Assembly: GCF_000143415.4 (NCBI RefSeq)
Contig: NW_003314295.1
Location: 395,075 to 459,074, forward strand
Origin: Selaginella moellendorffii
Lineage: Eukaryota; Plantae; Lycopodiophyta
Length of the DNA stretch: 64,000 nt
Reading direction: 5' to 3'
In this document: positions 1 through 12,421 of the stretch, piece after piece
Layout: each line of letters begins with the position of its first letter
How positions within the stretch are numbered: the first letter of the stretch is position 1
Position numbers and translations under genes: made by a program
The notes under the pieces: model-generated
The model's database searches: none
What the model saw: only the letters and a program-made list of their open reading frames with translations
Told to the model about the DNA's origin: nothing

Positions 1-345
1 AGCCCAGCAGCAGCACTAATAGAGAAGCAAGCATCTCTCCATCCCAAAATGAAACAGATAAATGCTTTTTGTGGGTTCCAGCTGAAGAAGAATCCATCGA
101 TTTTGTTACGATCATGTGAGAGAGCACTTACCTTGCAAGTCCTGCTTGCGGAGTAAAATTCCTAGAGCGTAGAAACAACTTTTACGACTTTGTAAAGTTT
201 AAAAATTTGAACTAAGAACGGAGAGAGAAAAGCTTACTTACGACCAGAAAAGTCTCGAGAGTGAAAATAAAGACGAAAAGGGATGCCACTCACAAGTTTG
301 AAATTCCTGAGATACATCTTCACTCCAGGAGCTAGGACAAAGTGC
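1..345 (-). pseudogene. Remnant 5' exons of a Crinkler-like NTPase-REase copy whose body lies left of the window
   Basis: Near-identical to 14748-15050 and 54485-54825, which lie directly upstream of NTPase copies. The minus strand reads FVLAPGVKMYLRNFKL|gtgagt, matching FVLAPGVEMYLRNF in the 45317-46057 ORF. Further GTAAG donors near 131 and 241. Confidence 0.55.
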
Positions 346-993
346 AATAAATAATGACTCCAGAAGCTTATGGATAAATAAACCACCATAAACCATTTCC
401 TTTCGAAAAATAAAGGTGAAAAAAAAGTATCCCAAATCCAAAAGCTATCCAGCTCCGACCGAAGAAATTCTTCCTTCTTGCGGAGTGCTCGATCTCGTCA
501 ACTTCTCCCCGATTTTGCGGAATGCAAGGCAAATTTTTGTGGGAGCTTTATCCAGCAGATTGATTACCAGGTCCCAGGAGCGAAAGCTGGTGGAAGAAAC
601 TCATGCTGGTCGACTTGGAGTGGTGGGGAGAGAACGAGATTGGACGCATGATGCTCCGACGGATGGCACGTAGAAGCAGAGAGTTGACGCCATCAACGAG
701 CTCAGTGAAAGCTGCGAAAAATCCAGGGACAGAAGCGAGTGAAATTCCGCTTCTAATCGCTTAGAAACTCTGGTTGAATGCACGAATTTCTGGCTCCTCG
801 CTCCTGAGCTCTTCAAATCGGTCGAGAGCATAAAACAGATTTAAAAATATTTCAGTAAACCGGTTAAGTTGCTGAAAATCTTTATCTTAAAGATGGTTTG
901 GCGAAAAACGTAGTATATTCGTTTGTTTCGTATAAGGTTTGTGATTGTAAAAGGGAGACGAGAAGAACTTCTCACGAGCAGAGCAGATCGGAG

Positions 994-1359
994 ATGGTGG
1001 CGGTGGACGTTGAGCGGTATGTTGAGCTCAAGCGCATGATCGACGACTTGGCGATCGAGGCTGGTAACAATAGGAGCATCTGGGTGAAACAATACGATAG
1101 CTTCGACTTTGCGGACTATGATCACTGGGCCGAGACCAACAACAAGAGGGCGCTCAGGCCGGACTGCCATTACATGGACGACGAAGTGGCGTTGGATCCT
1201 CCCCATGCCGACCGGATCACGCGGATGGTGGCCGTGGCACTCCAGCAAGAGGAGGAAGACAACAGGAGGCAACTGCCTAAGGAGGTGAACCACTTCACAA
1301 GGCAACTGGCGCTTCAGCAACAACAAGCCGGGCCACCGAGCAAGAGAGCTCGCCACTGA
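994..1359 (+). CDS. Orphan 121-aa protein (ORF121), copy 1, intact
   Basis: ATG 994 to TGA 1359 (366 nt), MVAVDVERYVELKRM...AGPPSKRARH. GC-rich island with ten homologous copies in the window. Confidence 0.6.
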   Translation: MVAVDVERYVELKRMIDDLAIEAGNNRSIWVKQYDSFDFADYDHWAETNNKRALRPDCHYMDDEVALDPPHADRITRMVAVALQQEEEDNRRQLPKEVNHFTRQLALQQQQAGPPSKRARH

Positions 1360-2049
1360 TCGTCGAATCATCCCCTGGAGGGATGATCGAAAACGATCTT
1401 GTATCACAAGCTCTAACAAACTTGTGAACAAAGCAAGCTCCTGCCAAGGATCAAAAACTTTTGTTGTTTGTACTTCATATACCTGGCAATGAAGAGATCT
1501 TTCCAGTTCTATGAGCTTTAGTGGCGTTCCATCTCGCGGAATATGGCTGTGAGTCATTTGGGTCTTCCTTTAGCTAAGAAGCCCTAGCTAGAGCTACATT
1601 ACGAGCGAAGGAAACGTATTGGTGCAAAGAAAATGTGTACAAGTGCTCCAGTGGTGCCTGATCAAGAACATCAATGCTCAAAGTCTATACTGATGAATTC
1701 AACCTTTAAGGAAAAAACATTTGTTTTGTTTTTTGGAAAAAAAACAATGCGCCTACTCCCTCTTCTCAACTTTGTGATTGAGGATAATGGCTTTTCAATG
1801 GTTCTTCTTTTCTTCTTTTCCTTGTTTCTCATCGAATGCTTGTGTTCTTGCTCCCGCTTCACCACTGCCCTTGCAAGTGAAAAACAACCAAACTACTGAA
1901 GTAACTGCTCTGTGCATCATGTTTTCTTCGAATCTAAGTACTATTCTTACGCTCTCTCTGGTTCCACTTTCGAGAACAAACATGAATTTAGAGACGAGTC
2001 ATTTAAAATGAGATCTTTGCTTATAAACTTTTAATAACAGATTAAGGAA

Positions 2050-2265
2050 ATGGAGACTTTTGAGCAACAGGATTTTACCATGCGATTCAGCTGCAGGGTT
2101 TACTCGAGGTGATGGCAAACTCCAGTGTTGCAAATCTCACACTTGCTGCCTTTGGCACTTCTGGCAGTAGTCCCGGCACACCTGGTCGCTTGGAGGTGCA
2201 CAGGAAGTGCCCCTCCACACATACCCCCGCCATAGCCAGGCTCTCCTTGTTGACCACTCCAGGTA
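2050..2265 (+). pseudogene. Detached 5' module of the REase-kinase gene (other copies near 8465-8680, 9585-9800, 16755-16975, 26400-26640, 35765-35985, 42490-42790, 48200-48420, 51287-51490, 58655-58860, 61710-61925)
   Basis: Reads EVMANSSVANLT...VVPAHLVA...GAQEVPLHTYP with frameshifts. The homologous segment at 42490-42790 is contiguous with the kinase-gene body. Confidence 0.5.
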
Positions 2266-2521
2266 AACGAGCAAGTCCATGAGGTGAGCTTGGCCATTTT
2301 GGAGAATATATATTCCATTTCCCACTAAGGCTGTGGGTGGTAATGTTTTTCACAGGGTTAGTAGCCTCACAAACTGTTGTTGATTTCTTCGAACATGGCA
2401 TGGTTTAGATGCTCTAAGACAAAATGGAGACATCGCTTTTTTTCGTCCAAGAGGAGAAACAAAGAACAAACAACATGGTACGTACCTGAGGAAAATGTCT
2501 GAGAAAAGAATGATAAAGAAC

Positions 2522-2728
2522 AAGAAGACGAGGTCGGCAGCCGAGTCCGAGGAGCTCGGGGTGACCGTAAAGATGCACGGGAGCAAGCTCGAGCACATGA
2601 CTAGGAGCCTGCTGGGCTCGCCCGGAGCGATCGTGCAGGGCAGCTTCGATGGATCGCTCAAGGCTAAAGCATCTGAAGAAGAGCTAAGGAAGATCCTCCG
2701 CCTAGCATTTCACTATAATGCCTTCTAG
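2522..2728 (+). pseudogene. Paralogous fragment of the B3 gene C-terminal domain
   Basis: KKTRSAAESEELGVTVKMHGSKLEHMTRSLLGSPGAIVQGSFDGSLKAKASEEELRKILRLAF aligns with the C-terminus of the 39465-40672 B3 protein. Confidence 0.75.
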
Positions 2729-3089
2729 TGGAAAACTGATAAGAACTGATGTCTTGAGATGTATTGTATTTTCCTTTTACACAACAACTATTGGAGCAAT
2801 CAATTTCACTGAACGAAGAAATGTTGGTTTTGGAGGTGGCAACTGTGATGGCGGGTCCTTGTCCTCGTTAGATTTGCTTTTTGACTCTTTGGGACAACTT
2901 TTGGACGTGCTAGCCTCCACTGCATTGATCACAAACAAGCATTGCACTACTTGTCGATGGATCAGGTTATATACAAACTGTTGAGACAAAAGGGAGGCAT
3001 ATATAGCTCTTAGTACGAATATTCTTTATTTTATTCTGGTCTAAGCTGTTTTGCGTTACTTATAATTTACGGTCATACCTTGTATGTCT

Positions 3090-4810
3090 TAAGAAAATAA
3101 TAATAATAATAAAAACATAAAGAGAAATGAAAAATATATTATGATTTAATATTTGAGCTTTTATCCTCATTGAAATGCCACATCCACTCCTAGCTTGCTA
3201 TATCACTCCAAAGGTTCTAGGCATTATAAAATGATAAAAAAATCAATGCTAAAGTAAGGATAAATCTTTTGATTAGGTATATCTTGAAAGTAAATGAATT
3301 GTTTGGCCATGAGGTATAAAATCCTAAACTTCCCTTCTAACATTATAGGTATTAATATAAACTTACTTCAAGGATTATTAGTATTAAAAATATTAGTTAG
3401 GTTTTTAATAATTGACAGCAAAAAGAAATATAAGTTTAAACAAGAAAAATATAAAAGAAATGTTACTTACAATGCTTACAGAAATATGGCAATGAATATG
3501 TGATTTTGCATGGGAGCATTATATATTTACACATGTGCAAATTTATTTTTTTGTTTTGAGTTGCATGCAAAAATATTATGCATCCAATCACTTTTCAATT
3601 GCTATATAAGCAATTAAAATGCCATTGTGTTGTCATGAGATATATTATATATGCATGGGGCATAACAACTCATATTACCATATACACATTATGCCATGTG
3701 ATTTTAGACAATATGATATCACTGCAATTTAATAAGGGTTTTTTTTTCTCATTTTTGTAAGTGCAAATTTATGATGAGATAATTGTTATCATTTCTCTCT
3801 TCTCATTTCTCTTAGTTATAATTCATTTTTCATGGTTATGGCTCATTTTTCACAACTATAGCTTATTTCTTGCAGTTGTGGCTTATTTCTCAGAACTTGG
3901 AGGTGTTATGCACCTTAATTTATTTATTGCACCTTTCATTTTTTGTAATCTGTTTGCAATATGACACTTTAACTTAGTGCCATAATAAGTGTGATTGATT
4001 GGAGTGTAGTGGCAAGTACAATCACTTAGAGTGCAATAATGAGTGCAATCGATTTGAGTGCAGTGGCAAGCTTGATCAATTGGAGTGTAGTGGTAAATGC
4101 AATTAATTGAAGCATAATGATGAGCTCAATCAATTGGAATATAGAGGCAAAACAATTTTTTTGTTTTTTCTCTATTTTGTAATTTTCTTTAACATTCACT
4201 CATGTAAAAATTTCTTCATTTCTTCATTTGTTGCAAAACCATTAACTTACAAAGTATTTTTCATTACCTTTATTAAAGAAAGTGATTAAAGAGCCTATAA
4301 TATTTTAAAATTTAGCTTGCACATTTGAAAAACATCACATAAAAACGTAACCCTATTGACATGTAAAAACAAAATCTAATATGAGATGAAAAAATTGTAT
4401 ATATAGCATTATTTTATGAGTCACACATATATGTTACAATAATTTAAACACATATGTGTTTTATTTTCATATATTTTGCAAATGTGAAAGATTTTTTACC
4501 GGGTTATCTACCTTAGGTACATCTTCCTTCTTGGGAGGTATACCTCCCCCCAAAATACTTCAGAATTTAATAGTGTAAATACATTAAATGAAAATATATT
4601 AAAACTTAAACATGATAATTTAAAAAAAATAACTAAAACTTTAGAAATAATATAGTAAATTGTTATTAAATCATTCATTTCATCTTCTCTTCTAATAAAA
4701 AAGTATGCTTTAAATAACAATTAAAGCTCAGATAATAATTATTATTTAACTTTTATTCAAATTCTTGAAGTGGCACATAAATCATTCTCAAGTTTTGGAT
4801 CAAATTTCAT
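3090..4810. repeat. AT-rich spacer of about 1.7 kb shared by the array units (copies 17750-24245 interrupted, 36775-39460 interrupted, 49220-50880, 62715 onward)
   Basis: Direct sequence similarity among copies; no credible ORF. Confidence 0.8.
3988..4140. repeat. Degenerate 27-bp minisatellite, about 6 units (also 23242-23395, 38727-38812, 50129-50248)
   Basis: Unit approximately GCAATTGATTGGAGTGTAGTGGCAAGT. It appears as LQLIALTTT-like 9-aa repeats in ORF 23224-23448. Confidence 0.75.
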
Positions 4811-4815
4811 CCATT

Positions 4816-6005
4816 CTAGAAGGGAGTGGCATCGTAGAGAGGAAATGCCAGGTTGAGGATCTTCCTCAGCTCTTCCTTGGACACTTTAGCCTTGAGCGAT
4901 CCAGTGGAGCTCCCCTCCACGATTGATCCAGGCGAGCCCAGCACACTCCTACACATGCGCTGGAGCTTGCTCCCCTGCATCTTGAAGCTCATCCCAAGCT
5001 CCTCGGACTCGGCTGCCGACCTCGTCTTTTTGAGCACCAGCGCCACCACTGGCTCGTGGCGCTGCTGCCGCCGCTCCTCCGCCGCCTCTTCTCCGCCTCC
5101 CATCCCTTCTGCCACTCCCTCCTCCTCCTCGCCCGCCACCTCCTGGTTGCACGAGTGTGAGTTCTCCACCCATTCTCTCCTCAGGAGCCCCCTCGTCCTC
5201 TTGGGATTGCGCTCGAAGACGTCGTAGTCATGGACGTCTCCTCCGGTGGCTACTCCGCCGAGTTCTTCGATCTCGATCTCCAGCCCGTCTGGTTCTTTCT
5301 TTGGCGGGAGCAACACTATGTTGGCGGCGTTGGCGCGATCACTGGCGCTTGAATATCTCGACGCGGAACGTGATCATCTCGGAGGAGGAGTTCTCCTTTT
5401 GGAAGACGAGGACGTCTCCCTTGACGAGTTCGTGATGGACGCAGAAGGCTTTCCACCCGGCACCGATCACTGGCTGCATCGTCCAGTTCCATCTCATCCT
5501 CCATTGGTGACCACTCCGGTCGCGGACGATCACCTCGGCTCTCCCGTGCGGCATCATCTTCTTGCAGTAGTTCGAAGGAAGAGTCTGCAGAAAAAAAATA
5601 AAGAAGAAAAGAAAAACGATTAGCAAGTTCTTTGTGAAGATATCGAAGGGAAAAAAGACAAGGATAGCGAAACATAAACCTCGAGCTTGTTCTTCGCTTA
5701 CCATAACGTATGTGCCGCTCACACAGCACTGGTTCAAGACTTTAATGGTGCTGCGACTCTTCTTTGCAAGATGTTGCTGGTACTCCTGCGCGGCTTGCAG
5801 CGCTTCGTGCGAACCTGGCAGCTCCTCGCGATTCCGCCGCTGCCGCTGCTGATTGGAGGGGATGTAACTCGACAGAGGACTGTCTTCCTCGTAAGAACCT
5901 GCGAAGATACGCTCGGACAAATATAAGAAACGAAGTGATGAGAGAAAAAAAGCGAGAAGGAAAGCTCTGACCAGATGGATAAGCTTCGCCGCCGCTCGAC
6001 TCCAT
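4816..6005 (-). pseudogene. B3-domain (REM/VRN1-like) gene, frameshifted copy
   Basis: Exons 6005-5972, 5898-5702 and 5584 onward, with GT-AG introns of 73 and 117 nt. B3 motifs VIVRDRSGHQWRM and IGAGWKAFCVHHELVKGDVLVF. A 17-nt deletion near 5346 relative to the 39.9-kb copy gives a stop at 5339, just after the B3 domain. Confidence 0.85.
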
Positions 6006-6347
6006 AGCTGCGCTCTCGCTCTTCTTCTTGCTTGCTGAAGGAAAAACCTCGCTGAGAGAGCGTCCGGTCTACTAGTACGTCCCAATGATGAATGATCGTG
6101 CGCCGTCGGATTGGCTCCATCCGACGGCCACCATTCACGTACGAGGAAAGAAAATGCTCGTATCTTTCCAGTAGCCGTCGCTTTCCATTTCGTGATCTTT
6201 GCTCCATTCTAGAGGCAACCTTGGAGACTTGCTTGGATGGCTTTGCATTAATAAAAAATCCACAGTACCAATCAAAACTTCAGCTCTAAAGAGGCGAGAT
6301 TATCACCTTCCAGGTATCGAGTGTGTTCTTCGTTTCTATAGATGATA

Positions 6348-7860
6348 TTACGCGGATCCAATAACTCGGAGCCATTCGTCACTCAAAACACCTTCCACAG
6401 TGTTATACGATTTGCCTAACAGTCCCTTTATGAGAGCTTGAAGGGCCTGACTGGTTAGAAGACGAGGATAATGCTTATGCATCAACGACCCAGCATTTTC
6501 CATCCCTACTGTGCACACGCCTTCTAGATCAACTTTCTTCGCTCGTAGTCATACAAGCATTAGCTGGTCGAATGTCGCGATGCACCAAGCCTGCACAGCC
6601 ACATGAAACTACAAGCTCCCAAAGATAGACGAGCCTCAACAGCACCATGTAAGGCCTTTAAAGCCTTGCGAATGCCAAGCACCATCTGTCGCAGCTCGTC
6701 TTCCGAAACAGGCTCTCGCACGGCAAGAAGAGGAACAGTCATAACCATGCATGCTCGAGGAGCCTGATCGTTCTTCGTTTCTTGGAGGAGGAATCACGGT
6801 CAGCAGTCGATGACACCGGATTCAACAGTTGCTCACATTCACTCCTGGTCCTGAATTTGGGCCCTTCGACACTGCCAACGAGGTGTTTCCCACATTTGGG
6901 AGCCAGCGTGTAGGCCTGGAAGACATCTTCGCAGTTGACGCCCCACTCGTTGCAGTAATCGTTCCAGTTCCATATCACCTTGAGCACACCGTCATGGGTC
7001 AGCATCAGAGAGCTCATATCTCGATCAATCAGTGCATTCAGCTTGTACCTGATAGCAATACAACTGTCGGCCAAACTTCACACTTCCCCGGCTCCGATGG
7101 CAGCAAGCATTCCATGGAGCTTGATACAAGTTGAGGACTGGAGTCAGCTGAGTCAGAATGGCTGCTCCTGCTTAATAAAAAGAGAGCAAAGTGATGGTCG
7201 ACAAAACGAAACCGATCTTATGAGCTACTTGAGGATTGATTTGTACAGTGAAAAACTGGAGATGAGGTCCCGGCACGGCATAGCAAGAAACTGCCACTGG
7301 TAGAGTTGAGACTTTGTCCGTCAACAAGGATTTCACTACCTCAAACTCAGCGTCCTCCCTCACTTCCCCGTACATGACAATCTCATGCCACTCCAGTTGT
7401 CAATGCAGATCAAAGTCAAAATGAGCTTGAGCTTCTTGTTCTCCCCTTACTTCTTGAAGTGTGCGATTGGGCTGGTGTTCATTGCATCTAAAACGTGCCA
7501 GGTGCTGTGATTTCCGGGCTTCTGATCCGGGGAGAAGAGATCACATCGCTCCAGGAGGTCCAGATTGCCTGCTCCACTGCTTCGGTAGTATTCCCCTATC
7601 TCGCTGGGCAATTCAAGCCAGGGAACTTTGCCCGTGAGGTATGTGGCCACTTCACAACCGGCAAAGAGCTCCGGCGCCTCACTCACGGTAGCGTTGGCGA
7701 TGCCAATGTGGAGGAATTCGGTCGCCGATAGAGGAGAACGAATCTTCCCCGTCATCCCCGTCACAAGCCGCTCTAGCAGGGAAACCTTTTATTGACTGCT
7801 ATTGACTGGGCATTGACTGGGCCGTTAGCTCGCCTGCTCTGTGTGATCCTCTTCTTCCGA
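6348..7860 (-). pseudogene. Crinkler-type REase + protein kinase gene, disrupted, copy 1
   Basis: REase-like motifs STWHVLDAM, IVMYGEVRE...KSLLTDK and CYAVPGPHLQFF. Kinase motifs ELRQMVLGIRKALKALHGA, LVHRDIRPAN and VDLE. Several frameshifts, and a deletion removes the SDLY segment. Confidence 0.75.
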
Positions 7861-8061
7861 TCAATAAAGTGGAGGCTAGCACGTCCAAAAGTTGTCCCAA
7901 AGAGTCTAGCGAGGACAAGGACCCGCCATCACAGTTGCCACCACCAAAACCAAGATTTCTTCGTTCAGTGAAATCGATTGCTCCAATAGTTGTTGTGTAA
8001 AAGGAAAATACATTTCTAAGTTAAAATACATCTCAAGACATCAGTTCTTATCAGTTTTCCA

Positions 8062-8230
8062 CTAGAAGGCATCATAGTGAGGAAATGCCAGGCGGAGGAT
8101 CGTCCTCAGCTCTTCTTCGGATGCTTTAGCCTTGAGCGATCCATCGAAGCTGCCCTGCACGATGCGCTCGACCTTGCTCCTGTGCATCTTTACGAGCTCC
8201 TCAGACGCTGGGCTGCCAACCTCGTCTTCT
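8062..8230 (-). pseudogene. B3 C-terminal paralogue fragment with deletions
   Basis: Reverse complement of 2522-2728 with internal deletions. Confidence 0.7.
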
Positions 8231-10485
8231 TGTTCTTTATCATTCTTTTCTCAGACATTTTCCTCAGGTACGTACCATGTTGTTTGTTCTTCGTTTCTCA
8301 TCTTGGACGAAAAGAAGCGATGTTTCCATTTCGTCTTAGAGCATCTAAACCATGCCATGTTCAAAGAAATGAACGACAGTTTATGAGGCTACTTACCACC
8401 CACAGCCTTAGTGGGAAATGGAATTTATATTGCCAAGCTCACCTCATGGACTTGGTCGTCGCCCTGGAGTGGTCAACAAGGAGAGCCTGGCTATGGCGGG
8501 GATATGTGTGGAGGGGCACTTCCTGTGCACCTCCAAGCGACCAGGTGTGCCGGGACTACTGCCAGAAGTGCCAAAGGCAGCAAGTGTGAGATTTGCAACA
8601 CTGGAGTTTGCCATCACCTCGAGTAAACCCTGCAGCTGAATCGCATGGTAAAATCCTGTTACTCCAAAGTCTCCATTTTCTTAATCTGTTATTAAAAGTA
8701 CTTCCAAAGAACTCATTTTAAACGACTCGTCTCTAAATTCATGTTTGTTCTCGCAAGTAGAACCAGAGAGAGCGTAAGAATAGTACTTTGATTCGAAGAA
8801 AACATGATGCACACAACAGTTCCTTCAGTAGTTTGGTTGTTTTTCACTTGCAAGGGCAGTGGTGAAGCGGGAGCAAGAACACAAGCATTCGATGAGAAAC
8901 AAGGAAAAGAAGAAAAGAAGAACCATTGAAAAGCCATTATCCTCAATCACAAAGTTGAGAAGAGGGAGTAGGCGCATTGTTTTTATCAAAAAAACAAAAC
9001 AAACGTTTTTTCCTTTCATCAGTATAGACTTTGAGCATTGATGTTCTTGATCAGGCACCGCTGGAGCACTTGTACACATTTTCTTTGCACCAATAATACG
9101 GCATACCCTGGCAGCTAACAACGCAGCAACGTTTCCTTCGTTCATCATGTAGCTCTAGCTAGGGCTTATTAGCTAAAGGAAGACCCAAATGACTCACGGC
9201 CATATTCCGCGAGATGGAACGCCACTACGGCTCATAGAACTGGAAAGATCTCTTCATTGCCAGGTATATGAAGTACAAACAACAAAAGTTTGTGCTCCTT
9301 GGCAGGAGCTTGCTTTGTTCACACGTTTGTTGGAGCTTGTGATACAAGAAGTTTCGATCATCACGTACCATGTTGTTTGTTCTTCGTTTCTCCTCTTGGA
9401 CGAAAAGAAGCGATGTTTCCATTTCGTCTTAGAGCATCTAAACCATGCCATGTTCAAAGAAATGAACGACAGTTTGTGAGGCTACTAACCCTGTGAAAAA
9501 CATTACCACCCACAGCCTTAGTGGGAAATGGAATATATATTCTCCAAAATGCCCAAGCTCACCTCATGGACTTGGTCGTCACCCTGGAGTGGTCAACAAG
9601 GAGAGCCTGGCTATGGCGGGGATATGTGTGGAGGGGCACTTCCTGTGCACCTCCAAGCGACCAGGTGTGCCGGGACTACTGCCAGAAGTGCCAAAGGCAG
9701 CAAGTGTGAGATTTGCAACACTGGAGTTTGCCATCACCTCGAGTAAACCCTGCAGCTGAATCGCATGGTAAAATCCTGTTACTCCAAAGTCTCCATTTTC
9801 TTAACCTGTTATTAAAAGTACTTCCAAAGAACTCGTTTTAAACGACTCGTCTCTAAATTCATGTTTAATCTCGCAAGTAGAACCAGAGAGAGTGTAAGAA
9901 TAGTATTTTGATTCGAAGAAAACATGATGCACACAACAGTTCCTTCAGTAGTTTGGTTGTTCTTCACTTGCAAGGGCAGTGGTGAAGCGGGAGCAAGAAC
10001 ACAAGCATTCAATGAGAAACAAGGAAAAGAAGAAAAGAAGAACCATTGAAAAGCCATTATCCTCAATCACAAAGTTGAGAAGAGGGTTGTTTTTTTCAAA
10101 AAAACAAAACAAACGTTTTTTCCTTTCATCAGTATAGACTTTGAGTATTGATGTTCTTGATCAGGCACCACTGGAGCACTTGTACACATTTTCTTTGCAC
10201 CAATAATACGGCATACCCTGGCAGCTAACAACGCAGCAACGTTTCCTTCGCTCATAATGTAACTCTAGCTAGGGCTTATTAGCTAAAGGAAGACCCAAAT
10301 GACTCACGGCCATATTCCGCGAGACACGGCTCATAGAACTGGAAGGATCTCTTCATTGCCAGATATATGAAGTACAAACAACAAAAGTTTGTGCTCCTTG
10401 GCAGGAGCTTGCTTTGTTCACACGTTTGTTGGAGCTTGTGATACAAGATTGTTTTCGATCATCACTCCAGGGGATGATTCGACGA

Positions 10486-10851
10486 TCAGTGGCGAGCTCT
10501 CTTGCTCGGTGGCCCGGCTTGTTCTTGCTGAAGCGCCAGTTGCCTTGTGAAGTGGTTCACCTCCTTAGCCAGTTGCCTCCTGTTGTCTTCCTCCTCTTGC
10601 TGGAGCGCCACGGCCACCATCCGCGTGATCCGGTCGGCATGGGGAGGATCCAACGCCACCTCGTCCTCCATGTAATGGCAGTCCGGCCTGAGCGCCCTCT
10701 TGTTGTTGGTCTCGGCCCAGTGATCATAGTCCGCGAAGTCGAAGCTATCGTATTGTTTCACCCGGATGCTCCTATTGTTACCAGCCTCGATCGCCAAGTC
10801 GTCGATCATGCGCTTGAGCTCAACATACCGCTCAACGTCCACCGCCACCAT
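10486..10851 (-). CDS. ORF121 copy 2, intact (plus-arm subtype, inverted)
   Basis: 366 nt from ATG to TGA; EDNRRQL/NHF subtype. Confidence 0.6.
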   Translation of the reverse strand: MVAVDVERYVELKRMIDDLAIEAGNNRSIRVKQYDSFDFADYDHWAETNNKRALRPDCHYMEDEVALDPPHADRITRMVAVALQQEEEDNRRQLAKEVNHFTRQLALQQEQAGPPSKRARH

Positions 10852-12421
10852 GCTCTGCTCGTGAGAAGTTCTTCTCGTCTCCCTTTTACAATCACAAACC
10901 CTATACGAAACAAACGAATATACTACGTTTTTCGCCAAATATTGTTTCACCATCTTTAAGATAAAGGTTTTCAGCAACTTAACCAGTTTACTGAAATATT
11001 TTAAAATCTGTTTTATGCTCTCGACCGATTTGAAGAGCTTAGGAGCGAGGAGCCAGAAATTCGTGGATTCAACCAGAGTTTCGAAGCGATTAGAAGCGGA
11101 ATTTCACTCGCTTCTGTCCCTGGATTTTTCCCAGCTTTCACTGAGCTCGTTGATGGCGTCAACTCTCTGCTTCCAGGACTTAATCTCCTCGCCATCCGTC
11201 GAGCATCATGCGTCCAATCTGGTTCTCTCCCCACCAGTCCAAGTCGTCCAGCAAGGGTTTCTTCCACCAGCTTTCGCTCATGGGACCTGGTAATCAATTC
11301 GCTGGATAAAGCTCCCACGAAAATTTGCCTTGCATTCCGCAAAATCGGGGAGAAGTTGACGAGATCGAGCACTTCACAAGAAGGAAGAATTTCTTGGGTC
11401 TGAGCTGGATAGCTTTTGGATTTGGGAAGGGATACTTTTTTTTTTCACCTTTATATTTCGAAAGGAAATGGTTTATGGTGGTTTATTTATCCATAAGCTT
11501 CTGGAGTCATTGTTTATTCTATCTGTGGAAAGCTCTTTGTTAGCCTCATCGATGCTATTGTTCTTGTAGAAGGCATCCCTCCTCAAGCTTCACAATCAGT
11601 AACACCTGCCCGACTTGCAAAGAAGTGTAACGTGTTTGGAGCACAATTTTCTATCCTTTCTCAGGCACTTGAAAGTGCCATCCTTGCTTGTTCGGGAAAA
11701 AGAAAGAGAGAGAAGCATCATCTACATAACGCATTAGGTTGAGCTTTGATGGTCTTGCGAAATTGAGAACCGCCTGGTGCCGCAAACATTCGTTTCCTCC
11801 CAAATGTACTCCAAAGTCTCAATTGTTAAAAGTTTATTATATAAGCACACTTACCAGAGAGAAGAATAGTAATTGGCACACAACAGTTACTTCAATAGTT
11901 TGGTTGTTTTTCACTTGCAAGGGCATTCGATGAGAAACAAAGAAAAGAAGAACATTGAAAAGCGATTCTCCTCAATCACAAAGTTGAGAAGAGGAAGTAG
12001 AAATTCGTTTTTTCCTCTCTTAACCTGTCCTCCACGTCTTCCATAATTCCTAACTGATGTTCCACATTTCATAATCTCTGTCCCATATCTTAGTAATTGA
12101 GTATTGATGTTCTTGATCAAGCCCCCCAAGGTCACTGGAGCACTTCTACACATTTTCTTTGCACCAATAATACGGCATATCTTGGCAACTAACAACGCAG
12201 CATCGTTTCCTTCGCTCGTAACATAGCTCTAGCTAGGGCTAAAGGAAGACTCACGGCCATACTGAGATGGAACGCCACTAAAGCTCAAACACTAGAACTG
12301 GAAAGATCTCTTCATTGCCAGTATATGAAGTACAAACAACAAAGGTTTTCTGCTCCTAGTTTTAGTAATGCTTGTGATACAAGATTGTTTTCGATCATCC
12401 CCCAAGGGGCTGATTCGACGA

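Larger units (their letters stand above)
351..2921 (+). repeat. Left arm of a long inverted repeat (partner 7868-11515)
   Basis: Reverse-complement match over ORF121, the kinase 5' module and the B3 C-terminal paralogue. Confidence 0.85.
7868..11515 (-). repeat. Right arm of the inverted repeat, containing an internal direct duplication of about 1.08 kb (8270-9347 / 9363-10447)
   Basis: Reverse complement of 351-2921. The block acgtaccatgttg...gtgatacaaga occurs twice in tandem. Confidence 0.85.

Noticed and set aside
416-673. 'ARQIF' ORF as a PPR fragment
   Set aside because: Only a 5-residue resemblance with no repeat periodicity; another frame is better conserved across copies.
841-1557. 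Long antisense ORFs (180-238 aa) overlapping ORF121 copies
   Set aside because: Starts, ends and lengths vary between copies, while the sense ATG and stop are fixed. Open antisense frames are common opposite GC-rich coding DNA.
2087-2401. Repeated small ORFs (MPCSKKSTTV..., MEYIFSKMAK..., MGNGIYIL...)
   Set aside because: Three overlapping frames antisense to the kinase 5' module. Their recurrence reflects DNA duplication, and the synonymous pattern favours the other strand.
3988-4140. 27-bp repeats as a CRISPR array
   Set aside because: Head-to-tail degenerate units with no unique spacers, no cas genes, eukaryotic context.
4515-4545. Hairpin as a Helitron 3' end
   Set aside because: No consistent CTRR terminus at the expected distance in all copies and no empty-site evidence.
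3294-4720. Hydrophobic short ORFs in the AT-rich spacer
   Set aside because: Composition-driven and not conserved in frame among copies.
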